Assembly: GCA_963721655.1 (NCBI GenBank)
Contig: CAVRKH010000006.1
Location: 151,986-215,985, forward strand
DNA from: an uncultured Chloroflexia bacterium
Lineage (GTDB): Bacteria > Chloroflexota > Limnocylindria > Limnocylindrales > CSP1-4
Reading direction: 5' to 3'
Length of the DNA stretch: 64,000 nucleotides
The position numbers were made by a program, and so were the translations under genes. This document shows, piece by piece, positions 1-9,845 of this stretch. The notes under the pieces were generated by a model, which did not search any database, was not told the origin of the DNA, and saw only the letters and a list, made by a program, of their open reading frames with translations. Positions within the stretch are counted from its first letter, which is position 1; each line of letters begins with the position of its first letter.

Positions 1-222
1 GTCCTTGGAGCCCTGTTCCTCATCGGCATCCCGGAGCTGTTCCGCGAGCTCGCGGACTACCGCTTCCTGTTCTACGGGTTCGCGCTCATCGGGATGATGC
101 TGTACCGCCCGGAAGGGATGTGGCCGTCGGGCATCGCGCGGCGCGAGCTGCACGTGGGCGACGAGGCGCCGGCCATGATCGCGGGCGACACGACGCCGAT
201 CACCCGGGGAACGATGTCATGA
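1..222 (+). CDS. livM: branched-chain amino acid ABC transporter permease (LivM-like), C-terminal fragment; 5' end lies outside the window
   Basis: Frame-1 translation VLGALFLIGIPELFRELADYRFLFYGFALIGMMLYRPEGMW... is a typical hydrophobic LivM-type C-terminus. The stop TGA at 220-222 overlaps the ATG at 219 of the next gene (ATGA). Confidence 0.7.
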   Translation, partial: VLGALFLIGIPELFRELADYRFLFYGFALIGMMLYRPEGMWPSGIARRELHVGDEAPAMIAGDTTPITRGTMS

Positions 223-1061
223 CGCTGCTCGTGGCCCGCGCCGTCACCAAGCGGTTCGGCGGGCTCCTCGCGGTCAACAAGCTCGACTTCGAGGTCGATC
301 AGGGCGCCATCGTCAGCGTCATCGGACCGAACGGCGCCGGGAAGACGACGTTCTTCAACTGCATCGCCGGGTTCTACGCCATCACATCGGGCGAGATCGA
401 GCTCGACGGCCAGCCGATCCACAAGCTCCGCCGCGACCAGATCGCCCACCTCGGCGTGTCCCGGACATACCAGAACATCCGGCTGTTCGCGAACATGACC
501 GCGATGGAGAACATCCTGGTCGGCCAGCACCACCATCTCCATTCGACGTGGATCGGCACGGTGCTCGGCACGAAGTCGGTCAAGGAGGACGAGAAGCGGG
601 CACAGGACGAGGCCGGCCGCCTGCTCCGTTACGTCGGCCTGCGCGGCAAGGGCGACATGCTCGCGAGCAAGCTGCCATATGGCGACCAGCGCCGGCTCGA
701 GATTGGCCGGGCGCTCGCCAACAAGCCGCGCCTGCTCCTCCTCGACGAGCCGACGGCGGGGATGAACCCCGCGGAGACGGCCCAGCTGACCGACTTCATC
801 CGCAACCTGCGCGACGAGCTGGGGATCACCATCCTCCTCATCGAGCACGAGATGCGGGTGGTCATGGGCATCTCCGAGCGCATCACGGTGCTCGACTACG
901 GCGAGAAGATCGCCGAGGGCAACCCTGCCGAGATCCAGTCGAACCCACGGGTCATCGAGGCCTACCTCGGGCGCGGCGGCGCGGCGGACCTCGGCATCGC
1001 CAGCGCTGCAAGCGCGGCGAGCGTCACGACACCCGGCGACCCCGGGGCGCCGACGGTCTGA
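219..1061 (+). CDS. livG: branched-chain amino acid ABC transporter ATP-binding protein LivG
   Basis: Walker A GPNGAGKTT, signature YGDQRRLEIGRAL, Walker B LLLLDEP and a LivG-type C-terminal extension. I trimmed the start from the longer ORF to the ATG at 219 (MTLLVARAVTKRFGG). Confidence 0.9.
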   Translation: MTLLVARAVTKRFGGLLAVNKLDFEVDQGAIVSVIGPNGAGKTTFFNCIAGFYAITSGEIELDGQPIHKLRRDQIAHLGVSRTYQNIRLFANMTAMENILVGQHHHLHSTWIGTVLGTKSVKEDEKRAQDEAGRLLRYVGLRGKGDMLASKLPYGDQRRLEIGRALANKPRLLLLDEPTAGMNPAETAQLTDFIRNLRDELGITILLIEHEMRVVMGISERITVLDYGEKIAEGNPAEIQSNPRVIEAYLGRGGAADLGIASAASAASVTTPGDPGAPTV

Positions 1062-1063
1062 CG

Positions 1064-1774
1064 ATGGCGCTGCTCGAAGTCGACGACATCCACACGTACT
1101 ACGGCAACATCCATGCCCTCAAGGGCGTGTCGCTGGCGGTCGAGGAGGGTGAGATCGTCACGCTCATCGGCGCCAACGGCGCGGGCAAGACGACCACCCT
1201 CAACACGATCTCCGGGATCCTCCGCCCGCGGACCGGGTCCGTATACCTCGACGGACGGGACCTTGGCACCGTCGCCCCGCACAAGATCGTCTCCGCGGGC
1301 GTCGTCCAGGTGCCCGAGGGCCGCCGGACCTTCGCGCGCCTGACCGTCGAGGAGAACCTGCGGATGGGCGGGTTCACCGTGTCCGACCAGGAGGTCAAGG
1401 ACGGCGTCGAGCGCGCCTTCGAGATGTTCCCGCGGCTCCTCGAGCGGCGAACGCAGATCGCCGGCACGCTCAGCGGCGGCGAGCAGCAGATGCTGGCGAT
1501 GGGCCGGGCGCTGATGTCGAAGCCGAAGGTGCTCCTGCTCGACGAGCCGTCGATGGGTCTCGCCCCGGTGCTCGTCGACGCGATCTTCGACACGATCCGC
1601 GCGCTCCACGCCGAGGGCACGACGATCCTGCTGATCGAGCAGAACGCGCGGATGGCGCTCCAGGTCGCCGACCGCGGCTACGTCATCGAGAGCGGCCGCA
1701 TCCTGCTCACCGACAGCGCCGACAACCTGCGCGAGAACGAGGAGGTCCGCAACTCCTACCTCGGCATCGCCTGA
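1064..1774 (+). CDS. livF: branched-chain amino acid ABC transporter ATP-binding protein LivF
   Basis: MALLEVDDIHTYYGNIHALKGVSL, Walker A GANGAGKTT, signature LSGGEQQMLAMGRAL and Walker B LLLDEPS. The start at ATG 1064 lies 3 nt after the livG stop. Confidence 0.9.
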   Translation: MALLEVDDIHTYYGNIHALKGVSLAVEEGEIVTLIGANGAGKTTTLNTISGILRPRTGSVYLDGRDLGTVAPHKIVSAGVVQVPEGRRTFARLTVEENLRMGGFTVSDQEVKDGVERAFEMFPRLLERRTQIAGTLSGGEQQMLAMGRALMSKPKVLLLDEPSMGLAPVLVDAIFDTIRALHAEGTTILLIEQNARMALQVADRGYVIESGRILLTDSADNLRENEEVRNSYLGIA

Positions 1775-1795
1775 GACGGGCCGCCCGGACCGGCC

Positions 1796-2226
1796 CTAGC
1801 GGTATTCCGGCTCGCGCGAGATCAGGTAGGCGGCGCGTGACAGCGCGCTGAGACCGATCACGGCGAGCCACAGGCCCGGCGCCCGGTCCGGGGTCATCGT
1901 GCCGGGACCGCCCGGGGTGAGCGCGAGATCGAACACGCGCAACCCGAGGCCCACCCAGCCGACGATCGCGAAGGTGGCGTACGCCCACCACCGATCGAAG
2001 CTGACCGGCCGGTCACTGGCGTACGGCAGCGTGATCAGCGCGAGCGTGGCCAGGGCCACCAGGAAGACCGCGATGCTGGGCCCATCGAACGCATTTCCGG
2101 AGATCTGCGGCAGGCCCTCGGCGGCGGAGCCGGCGGTCCACCACGCCGGAACGCACGAGATGATGAGGATGACTGCCGAAAGCCCCGCGAGAAGCCGGCC
2201 GCGCCCGACAGGCCGGCGGTGCAGGC

Positions 2227-2230
<4 letters not shown>
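1796..2230 (-). CDS. hypothetical integral membrane protein (about 4 predicted TM segments)
   Basis: 144-aa ORF with alternating hydrophobic stretches (LLAGLSAVILIISCVPAWW, IAVFLVALATLALITL, ATFAIVGWVGLGL, LWLAVIGLSAL). It overlaps the hpt stop by 4 nt. I recognise no family. Confidence 0.5.
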
Positions 2231-2799
<569 letters not shown>

Positions 2800-2817
2800 C
2801 AGGCGTTCTCTGATCGA

Positions 2818-3378
2818 TCAGGCTGGCTGGTGGTCGCCGGCACCGAGGCGGCGGCGCGCCGCCGCCTGCGACGCCGGGCCGTCGGTGGGGCGACTCGGAC
2901 TTGTCGGCGGGGCGGACCCGTCGCCGACGGCGTCCAACACGATGACCGCCGCGGCAAGCCCCGGCTCGATTGGCTCGGTTGCCGCGGGCGCGACGGGCAG
3001 TCCCGCCTGGCCCGCGGTGCCGGTCAGGGCGTCGGCCAGCGCGAGTTTTCCGTACTTGAGCATGAGGGCCCGGAAGTCGCGTGCGTAGAACAGCTTGATG
3101 TGAACGTCGGGATACAGCTCGCGTAGCCGGCGCAGCTTGCGGTTCTTCTTGCGGACGAGCTTCTGGCGGAGGGTGGTCATCTCGAGATACAGGTCGAGAT
3201 CGGCCAGGAAGAAGTCCGGCGAGAAGCTCTCGACGACGTCGCCGTCGAGGTTCCACAGGATCGGGAAGGTATGGGGCTCGTACTCCCAGGCGATCCCGTA
3301 GAAATCGAGAATGCGGGCCATCTCTGCCTCGCTCGCGTGCGCGAACGGCGGGGCGATCTCGCGCAGCGGGTCGGTCAC
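2818..3378 (-). CDS. conserved hypothetical protein with a PD-(D/E)xK-like motif
   Basis: 186-aa ORF. The N-terminal 120 aa have non-biased composition (ILDFYGIAWEYEPHTFPI...SPDFFLADLDLYLEMTTLRQKLVRKKNRK). The tail is Ala/Pro-rich and low-complexity. Confidence 0.5.
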   Translation of the reverse strand: MTDPLREIAPPFAHASEAEMARILDFYGIAWEYEPHTFPILWNLDGDVVESFSPDFFLADLDLYLEMTTLRQKLVRKKNRKLRRLRELYPDVHIKLFYARDFRALMLKYGKLALADALTGTAGQAGLPVAPAATEPIEPGLAAAVIVLDAVGDGSAPPTSPSRPTDGPASQAAARRRLGAGDHQPA

Positions 3379-3761
3379 CGGGCGGAGGGCGGGTCGTGCC
3401 GGCCGTCGGGTTCGTCATGCCGGTCGAGGAGGCCGGCGAGATCCCCTTGCCAGCCCTCGAGGAAGGCTCGCGCCGCCCGCACGTCCGCCGTCGTGATCGG
3501 CCCAGCCCCGGCGCGTCGTGCCTCGTCGGCCGGGCTGAGCTCGCCGAACGGGGCCACGTCGAGCACGGGCCCGCGCTCCGGATCGTCTGCCGCCAGGAGC
3601 ATCCCGAGCGTCGTGCTGCGGCAGGCCGGACAGCTGAGCTCGACGAATGCGAGGTCGTCGCGGTGGGCCAGGATGCGGATCCGCTCGCCCGGGACGGGGC
3701 TCCCGCAGACGGTGCAGCCGACACCATCGAGGAGCGGGCGGAGCTGGTCGCGCGGATCCAT
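3375..3761 (-). CDS. hypothetical zinc-ribbon protein
   Basis: 128-aa ORF with two CxxC pairs (CTVCGSP ... CPACRST). It overlaps the downstream gene by 4 nt. Confidence 0.45.
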   Translation of the reverse strand: MDPRDQLRPLLDGVGCTVCGSPVPGERIRILAHRDDLAFVELSCPACRSTTLGMLLAADDPERGPVLDVAPFGELSPADEARRAGAGPITTADVRAARAFLEGWQGDLAGLLDRHDEPDGRHDPPSAR

Positions 3762-3875
3762 GCGCGATGCAGTCTAGCCGAGCGGGCGTCGGACCGGTTG
3801 TCCCGGATACCCCCTGGGGGTATCATTCCGGGAACGGCGCCGCGTGGGCGCCACGACCCGAGGGACAACCTGCCG

Positions 3876-4232
3876 ATGAGCTCGACCGAGGCTCGCCGCG
3901 CGAGCGCCGAACCCGAACCCGATCACTTCCGCCACAGCTACTCGAAGGACCGGTCCCAGCTGATCCGGCGCCTGTCGCGGATGGAGGGCCAGGTTCGCGG
4001 CATCGCGCGGATGATCGAGCGGGAGGAGTACTGCATCGACATCCTCCAGCAGACGTCCGCTCTCCGCGCCGCCGTCGACTCGCTGTCGATCATGCTGCTC
4101 GAGGACCACGTCCAGGGCTGCGTCCGAACGGCGGCTGCGCGCGGCGAGGCGGACCAGTACGTCGACGAGGTGATCGACGTGGTGCGCCGGACACTCGGTC
4201 GGCCGGTTCGCAGCACCGCGCGATCGGCCTGA
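3876..4232 (+). CDS. csoR: CsoR/RcnR-family metal-sensing transcriptional repressor
   Basis: LIRRLSRMEGQVRGIARMIEREEYCIDILQQTSALRAAVDSLSIMLLEDHVQGC is the characteristic CsoR helical-bundle signature with the C...H...C ligand pattern. I trimmed the start to ATG 3876. Confidence 0.85.
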   Translation: MSSTEARRASAEPEPDHFRHSYSKDRSQLIRRLSRMEGQVRGIARMIEREEYCIDILQQTSALRAAVDSLSIMLLEDHVQGCVRTAAARGEADQYVDEVIDVVRRTLGRPVRSTARSA

Positions 4233-4334
4233 CAGGCCGCCGCGGGGCGTCCACCGGACATCCCCAACGACCACGATTGGGGTTGCAGTTATCCACGAAT
4301 CCACCGCCCTCCCGGCGGTTGGTGGAAAACCCCG

Positions 4335-4363
4335 TTGACTGCCACGGGCGACGGCCGTAGCGT
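4335..4363 (+). promoter_or_regulatory. sigma70-like promoter candidate upstream of rsmG (TTGACT-17 nt-TAGCGT)
   Basis: TTGACT at 4335-4340, a 17-nt spacer, then TAGCGT at 4358-4363, within a 235-nt non-coding gap. Confidence 0.35.
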
Positions 4364-4468
4364 CCGGCATCCGCACCGTGGCGGAAGGGTAACGCGGTCC
4401 GCGAGGCGATCGGGGAAACTCGAGCCGGGAACCGGACGGACCGGGGAAGACCGACCACCACCTGCGAT

Positions 4469-5305
4469 TTGAGTCGCCGCCGGGAGCGGCGCCGCGCAGG
4501 TCCGAGCCGCACGCAAGACAGGAGGCGTGCACTGGATCGTCAGCGCGAGCCGCTCCCGACGCGCGTCGATGTCACCCCACCCCTGCCCGCCGCGTATGAC
4601 CGCGCCCTCGAGGCCGGACTGCAGGAGATCGGCGTCGAGCTGGGTAGCGCGCAACGGAGCGCGATCGACGGGCACGTGCGACTCCTCCTCGCATGGAACC
4701 AGTCGATCAACCTGACCGCGATTCGTGATCCGGAGGCCGTTGCGATCGGGCACGTCGTCGACAGCCTCAGCGCGCTTCCCGTGATGCGCGAGCGCGGGCT
4801 CCGGCGATTTGTCGACCTGGGGAGCGGTGGCGGGTTCCCCGGGTTGCCCGTTGCCGCGGCGCTTGAGGCCGACGCGGCGCTGCTCGTCGACTCCGTCGCG
4901 AAGAAGGTCCGCTTCCTCGACGCCGCCGCGGCGGCGGTCGGGATGGCGGGAACCGTCGCGACGTTCACCGGTCGGGCGGAGCGCCTCGCGGGCGACCCGG
5001 AGCACCGCCAGCGTTGGCCGGCCGTTTTGGCGCGCGCCGTCGCGGCCCTGCCCGAGCTCGTCGAGCTGTCGTTCCCGCTGCTGGCCCGTGGCGGCGTGCT
5101 CATCGCCTGGAAGCGAGGTGATGTCTCCGCCGAGGCAACCGCCGCGGCCCGTGCCGTGGACGCGCTCGGCGGCGGCGTCCTGCAGACCGCTGACGTGTCG
5201 GTCAGCGGGCTGAGCGGGCATCGGCTGGTGATCGTCACGAAGACAGGGTCCACGCCCGACGGCTTCCCGCGCGATCCCGCCGTGCGCCGGCGGAGCCCGT
5301 GGTGA
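4469..5305 (+). CDS. rsmG: 16S rRNA (guanine527-N7)-methyltransferase RsmG (start uncertain)
   Basis: LLLAWNQSINLTAIRDPEAVAIGHVVDSL, the SAM motif VDLGSGGGFPGLPVA, and LARAVAALPELVELSFPLLARGGVLIAWKG-like regions. The N-terminal 40 aa are Arg-rich and may not be translated. Confidence 0.8.
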   Translation: MSRRRERRRAGPSRTQDRRRALDRQREPLPTRVDVTPPLPAAYDRALEAGLQEIGVELGSAQRSAIDGHVRLLLAWNQSINLTAIRDPEAVAIGHVVDSLSALPVMRERGLRRFVDLGSGGGFPGLPVAAALEADAALLVDSVAKKVRFLDAAAAAVGMAGTVATFTGRAERLAGDPEHRQRWPAVLARAVAALPELVELSFPLLARGGVLIAWKRGDVSAEATAAARAVDALGGGVLQTADVSVSGLSGHRLVIVTKTGSTPDGFPRDPAVRRRSPW

Positions 5306-5332
5306 GCGGAACCGCTGCTACCCTTCGCCGCG

Positions 5333-6052
5333 ATGCGGATCGCTGTCCTTTCGGACATCCACAGCAATCTCGTCGCCCTTGACGCCGTGCTCGCCCATCT
5401 CGGTCCGGTCGACGCCATCTGGCAGCTCGGGGACGTGGTCGGCTACGGGCCCGATCCGGACGGCGTCGTTGGCCGCCTGGCCGAGCTCGGCGCGGTGGGC
5501 GTCCGGGGCAACCACGACGCCGCGGCGATCGGCGGATCGGAGATCGAGTGGTTCAACCCGGAGGCCCGCGCTGCCGTCGAGTGGACGCGGACCCGGATCT
5601 CGACCTCGACGCGATCGTGGCTGACGGAGCTGCCCGAGCGGCTCCACGAGGCCGACTACACGCTCGTCCACGGCTCCCCGCGGGAGCCGCTCTGGGAGTA
5701 CATCACGTCGAGTCCGGTGGCCCGCGCGAACCTGGCGTTCATCACGACCCGCTTCGGGCTGCACGGCCACACCCACCTGCCCATCGTGTGGGCCGAGGAC
5801 GACGGGCGGATCACGTCGATCGCCCCGGGTGACGGCTCGACATTCGCCCTCGACGGCCGCGCGCTGCTCAACCCGGGCAGCGTCGGCCAGCCGCGGGACG
5901 GCATCCCGGATGCGTCCTACATGGTGATCGACAGCGACGCGGACCTCGTCTCCTGGCATCGCGTCCCGTACGACATCGAGGCCGTCCAGGCGCAGATGCG
6001 CGTGGTCGGCCTGCCGTCGCGGCTCGTCGAGCGGCTGTCCCATGGCTTCTGA
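5333..6052 (+). CDS. metallophosphoesterase (YfcE/MJ0936-like)
   Basis: Motifs MRIAVLSDIHSN, GDVVGYGPDP, GNHD, LVHGSP and GHTH. Confidence 0.8.
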   Translation: MRIAVLSDIHSNLVALDAVLAHLGPVDAIWQLGDVVGYGPDPDGVVGRLAELGAVGVRGNHDAAAIGGSEIEWFNPEARAAVEWTRTRISTSTRSWLTELPERLHEADYTLVHGSPREPLWEYITSSPVARANLAFITTRFGLHGHTHLPIVWAEDDGRITSIAPGDGSTFALDGRALLNPGSVGQPRDGIPDASYMVIDSDADLVSWHRVPYDIEAVQAQMRVVGLPSRLVERLSHGF

Positions 6053-6055
6053 GCC

Positions 6056-8072
6056 GTGATCGGCGGTCGGCGCCCGATCCAGGGCCGCAAGCCCGGCGAT
6101 CGGCGACTTCGGGTCGAGCGCCCTCATTCGCCCTACTTCCGCTACACCGGGCCCGGGCAGATCACGGCCAAGGAGGGCGCCAACGTCCCGGCGACGCGGG
6201 TCGGACGGGCGTTCGCCCGGATCAGGAAGGTCGTGCTCGGCAAGCCGCTGTCGTCGGAGTCGGAAAGCGAGGAACGGCTCTCGAAGGTCAAGGCCCTCGC
6301 GATCTTCAGCTCGGACGCGATCTCGTCGTCGGCCTACGCGACCGAGGAGATCATCCGGGCGTTCATCCTGGCCGGCGCCGCCCTGCTCGCCTTCCAGTTC
6401 GCGGTCCCGGTCGCGATCGCGATCGCGATCCTGCTCGGGATCGTCGCCTTCAGCTACCGCCAGATCTGCATCGCCTACCCGACGGGCGGTGGCTCGTACT
6501 CGGTCTCGAAGGCGAACTTCGGACGGCTCGCGTCGCTGGTCGCGGCCTCGGCACTGCTGATCGACTACAACCTGACGGTCGCCGTCTCCACGTCGTCCGC
6601 GGTGGAGCAGATCACGTCGGCGCTTCCGGGCCTCGCGCCGTTTGCCGTCGGGATCGGGGTCACGGCGATCGGCCTGATCACGATCGGCAACCTGCGCGGC
6701 ATCCGCGAGGCCGGCAATATCTTCGCGCTCCCGACCTACCTGTTCCTGTTCAGCGCGCTGCTGATGATCGCGCTCGGCGCCTACCGGATCATCGTGCTCG
6801 GCGAATCACAGCCGCCGCCGCCGGAAGCCCAGGCGGCCGTGGTGAACACCGCGCAGACCGTCAGCGTGCTGCTCCTGCTGCGGGCGTTCGCCGCAGGCGC
6901 CGTGGCCCTGACCGGCACCGAGGCGATCGCGACCGGCGTGCCCGCGTTCAAGCCGCCCGAGGCCAAGAACGCCGCTGCGACCCTCGTGGCGATGGCGGTG
7001 ATCCTCGCCATCCTGTTCATCGGGATCACGTTCCTCGCCGTGAACTTCGGGATCGTCCCGATCGATGAGCCGAAGCAGACGGTGATCGCGCAGGTGTCGT
7101 CGACGGTGTTCGGGGCCGATTCGTTCGGCTTCTACACCGTTCCAGGCGTTCACCGCGCTCCTGCTGTTCCTCGCCGCGAACACGTCCTTCGCGGCCTTCC
7201 CGCGCCTCGCCGCGGTGCTCGCCATCGACGGCTTCTTCCCTCGCCAGTTCAGCTTCCGCGGCGACCGGTTGGCGTTCTCGATGGGCATCGTCGCGTTGGG
7301 GCTCGTGGCGGCGTCGCTGGTGGTGGCCGCGGGCGGCAAGACGCACGCCCTCATTCCGCTGTACGCGGTCGGCGTGTTCATCGACTTCACGATCTCGCAG
7401 GCGGGCATGGTGCGGCACTGGCAGCGGGTCAAGTCCCCCGGCTGGCGGCGGCGCCAGGCGATCAACGCGTTCGGCTGTGTCGCGACCGGGATCGTGGCGA
7501 TCGTCGTCACCAGCGTGAAGTTCGCGGATGGTGCCTGGTTCGTCCTGTTGCTGATCCCGATCCTCGTCGCGGGGATGCTGTTCATCCGTCGCGAGTACGA
7601 CGCCCAGGCGCACGAGCTCGAGGTCGCGGACGAGCTCGTCGTCGAGGGGCCGCGCCGCGAGCAGCGCGTCGTCGTCCCGGTCAACGGCATCAACCGCGCC
7701 GTGATCCAGGCGGTGAACTTCGCGCGCACGATCAGCTCCGACATCCGGGCGGTGTACGTCACCGAGGACGACGAGGAAGGAGAGCGGCTGCGGAAGCGCT
7801 GGGAGCGACAGCTGCCGGGCGTGCCGCTGGTGATCGTCGAGTCGCCGTACCGTGCCCTGATCGGCCCGATCGTGGCCTACCTCGACGTGCTCGACAAGGC
7901 GTGGCCGCCGGACAAGCCGGCGCCGATCACCATCGTCGTGCTGCCCGAATTCGTCGCCCGCCACTGGTGGGACCGGCTGCTCTACAACCAGGCCGCGCGC
8001 CGCCTGAAGTCGGCGCTCGTGGGCCGCGAGCACACGGTCATCGCCGACGTCCCGTACCGCCGGGAGCACTGA
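6056..8072 (+). CDS. APC-superfamily permease with a C-terminal cytoplasmic domain (Rv2690c-like); the reading frame is broken by one extra base near 7139
   Basis: The N-terminal part (frame of 6056) reads ...AIFSSDAISSSAYATEEI...GFYT. It continues in the +1 frame as FQAFTALLLFLAANTSFAAFPRLAAVLAIDGFFPRQF... to the stop at 8072. The total of 2017 nt equals 3n+1. Confidence 0.8.
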
Positions 8073-8172
8073 GCGCCGCGACCGCCGCCGTCCCGCTGCG
8101 GCTTTGGTATCGTGACGCGGCGCTCGCGGACCGCTGTGTCCGGCGCCCAACGGGAGCCACTGTCAACCAACC

Positions 8173-8631
8173 GTGTCTGACGCCTCGGAACCTCCGTTCC
8201 GCCGCGCGGTCCTCGCCCTGAACGGCGGACCGAGCGACGCCCGCATCGTCAGGCTGGCCGCCGAATACGCACACTCCACGAAGGCGGAGCTGGTCGCGGT
8301 GCACGTCGTCGAGATCGACTGGACGCTGCCGCTCGATGCCGACATCGCCGGGCGGTCCGAGGAAGTCCAGCGGGTGCTCGACGTGGCCGAGGCCGCTGCC
8401 GAGACCGCCAAGGTAAAGCTCGAGCCGGTGCTCCTCCAGGCACGCGACGTCGGCGCGGCACTCGTCGACGAGGCCACCGAACGGGAGGCGGACCTGCTGA
8501 TCCTGGGCCTTCCCTATCGCAAGCGCTTTGGTGGCGACTTTGCGATCGGGCGTACGATCCCGTATGTGCTGAAGAACGCGCCATGCTCCGTGTGGGTCGT
8601 GCGCGATCCAATGACCGAGGAGCAATCGTGA
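8173..8631 (+). CDS. universal stress protein (UspA family)
   Basis: The ELVAVHVVE...ADLLILG...G.TIPYVLKNAPCSVWVV pattern in a 152-aa protein. Confidence 0.8.
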   Translation: MSDASEPPFRRAVLALNGGPSDARIVRLAAEYAHSTKAELVAVHVVEIDWTLPLDADIAGRSEEVQRVLDVAEAAAETAKVKLEPVLLQARDVGAALVDEATEREADLLILGLPYRKRFGGDFAIGRTIPYVLKNAPCSVWVVRDPMTEEQS

Positions 8632-9167
8632 ACATCGTGATCGTCGGCTGCGGCCGGGTCGGGGCCGCCATGGCCGAGACCTTCGACCGCGCCGGCAACC
8701 GGGTCGTGATCCTGGATCTGTCGACCCGGGCCTTCGAGAAACTGCCCAGCTCGTTCGGCGGGGAGGCCATCCGCGGCGACGGGACCGACGAGGACGTCCT
8801 GCGTCGCGCCGGTGCCGAGGACGCCGACCTGTTCATCGCCCTGACCGAGGGCGACAACCGCAACATCATGGCCGCTCAACTCGCCGTCGAGGCCTTGTCC
8901 GCCAAGCGAGTCGTCGCCAAGATCAACGACCCGGTTCGGGCGACTGCCTACGCCGAGCTCGGGATCGCCACGATCTGCCGGACCGGCCTGATGATGGATG
9001 CCATCAACGCGTATCTCGGCCTGCCGCCTTCGGGCGTCGCCGGGATGCTCGAGCCGACCGGCCACCACCCGGGTGGCGAGCACCACCGCCATGACGCGCC
9101 GGAGCCGGCGGTCGCCGCCGCGACCGTCCAACCGACAGGCGCGTCCAGCCCGATGCAGGAGAACTGA
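8628..9167 (+). CDS. TrkA-N domain potassium transport regulatory protein (CeoB-like)
   Basis: Rossmann motif VNIVIVGCGRVGAAMA. The GTG start overlaps the usp stop (GTGA). The tail is His-rich (GHHPGGEHHRHD). Confidence 0.85.
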   Translation: MNIVIVGCGRVGAAMAETFDRAGNRVVILDLSTRAFEKLPSSFGGEAIRGDGTDEDVLRRAGAEDADLFIALTEGDNRNIMAAQLAVEALSAKRVVAKINDPVRATAYAELGIATICRTGLMMDAINAYLGLPPSGVAGMLEPTGHHPGGEHHRHDAPEPAVAAATVQPTGASSPMQEN

Positions 9168-9170
9168 CTG

Positions 9171-9845
9171 ATGTTCGTGCTGGTGGTTGGTGGCGGCAAG
9201 GTCGGCTATTACCTCACCAAGGAGCTGATCGAGTCCGGCCACGAGGTCGCGCTCATGGAGAAGGATCGCGACCGGGCGAGCCAGATCGCCGATGAGGTCG
9301 GGTCGATCGTGATCCCGCACGACGGATGCGAGGGCAAGTACCTCGCCGAGGCAGGCTGCAACCGGGCCGACGTGGTGGCGGCGGTGACCGGCGACGACGA
9401 GGACAACCTCGTGATCTGCCAGATGGCGAAGCACCACTTCGACGTCCCGCGCACGATCGCGCGAGTCAACAACCCCAAGAACGAGGAGCTGTTCCGGCAC
9501 CTCGGCGTGGACGAGCTGATCAGTCCCACGCGGATGATCCTGGGCTCGATCGAGCAGGACATCCCGGTCCACGAGCTGCTCCACCTGGCGGCCCTCGGCG
9601 AGAACGAGCTGGAGCTGATCGAGGCGCACCTGCAGGAGGGTTCACCGGCGGTCGGACGCGCACCGAAGGACCTCAACATCCCGGAGGGCTGTTCGCTGTT
9701 CGCGGTGATCCGCGACGGGGTCGCCACGCCGCTGCGTCCCGACACGGTCATGCAGGTCGGCGACAAGGTGATCGCGATCGGCAAGACCGAGTGCGAGGAG
9801 ATGCTCCACGACCAGCTGATCGGCGGAGAGACGGTCCGCGGCTAG
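9171..9845 (+). CDS. TrkA-N/TrkA-C potassium transport regulatory protein (CeoC-like)
   Basis: MFVLVVGGGKVGYYLTKELIESGHEVALME Rossmann motif, followed by a C-terminal RCK_C-like segment (LIEAHLQEGSPAVGRAPKDLNIPEGCSLFAVIRDG). Confidence 0.9.
   Translation: MFVLVVGGGKVGYYLTKELIESGHEVALMEKDRDRASQIADEVGSIVIPHDGCEGKYLAEAGCNRADVVAAVTGDDEDNLVICQMAKHHFDVPRTIARVNNPKNEELFRHLGVDELISPTRMILGSIEQDIPVHELLHLAALGENELELIEAHLQEGSPAVGRAPKDLNIPEGCSLFAVIRDGVATPLRPDTVMQVGDKVIAIGKTECEEMLHDQLIGGETVRG

Noticed and set aside
4400-4460. c-di-AMP (ydaO) or cobalamin riboswitch in the rsmG leader
   Set aside because: The twin CGGGGAA motifs are suggestive, but the other conserved blocks of those families are not recognisable. 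The downstream gene is not a known target.
4527-4715. 62-aa ORF starting at a GTG with a near-perfect AGGAGG in front
   Set aside because: The translation is Ser/Arg/Pro-rich and overlaps the clearly conserved RsmG frame. The shift needed to join it to rsmG is -1, unlike the +1 pattern seen elsewhere. It is more likely a coincidental SD-like sequence, or the rsmG start lies nearby in the other frame.
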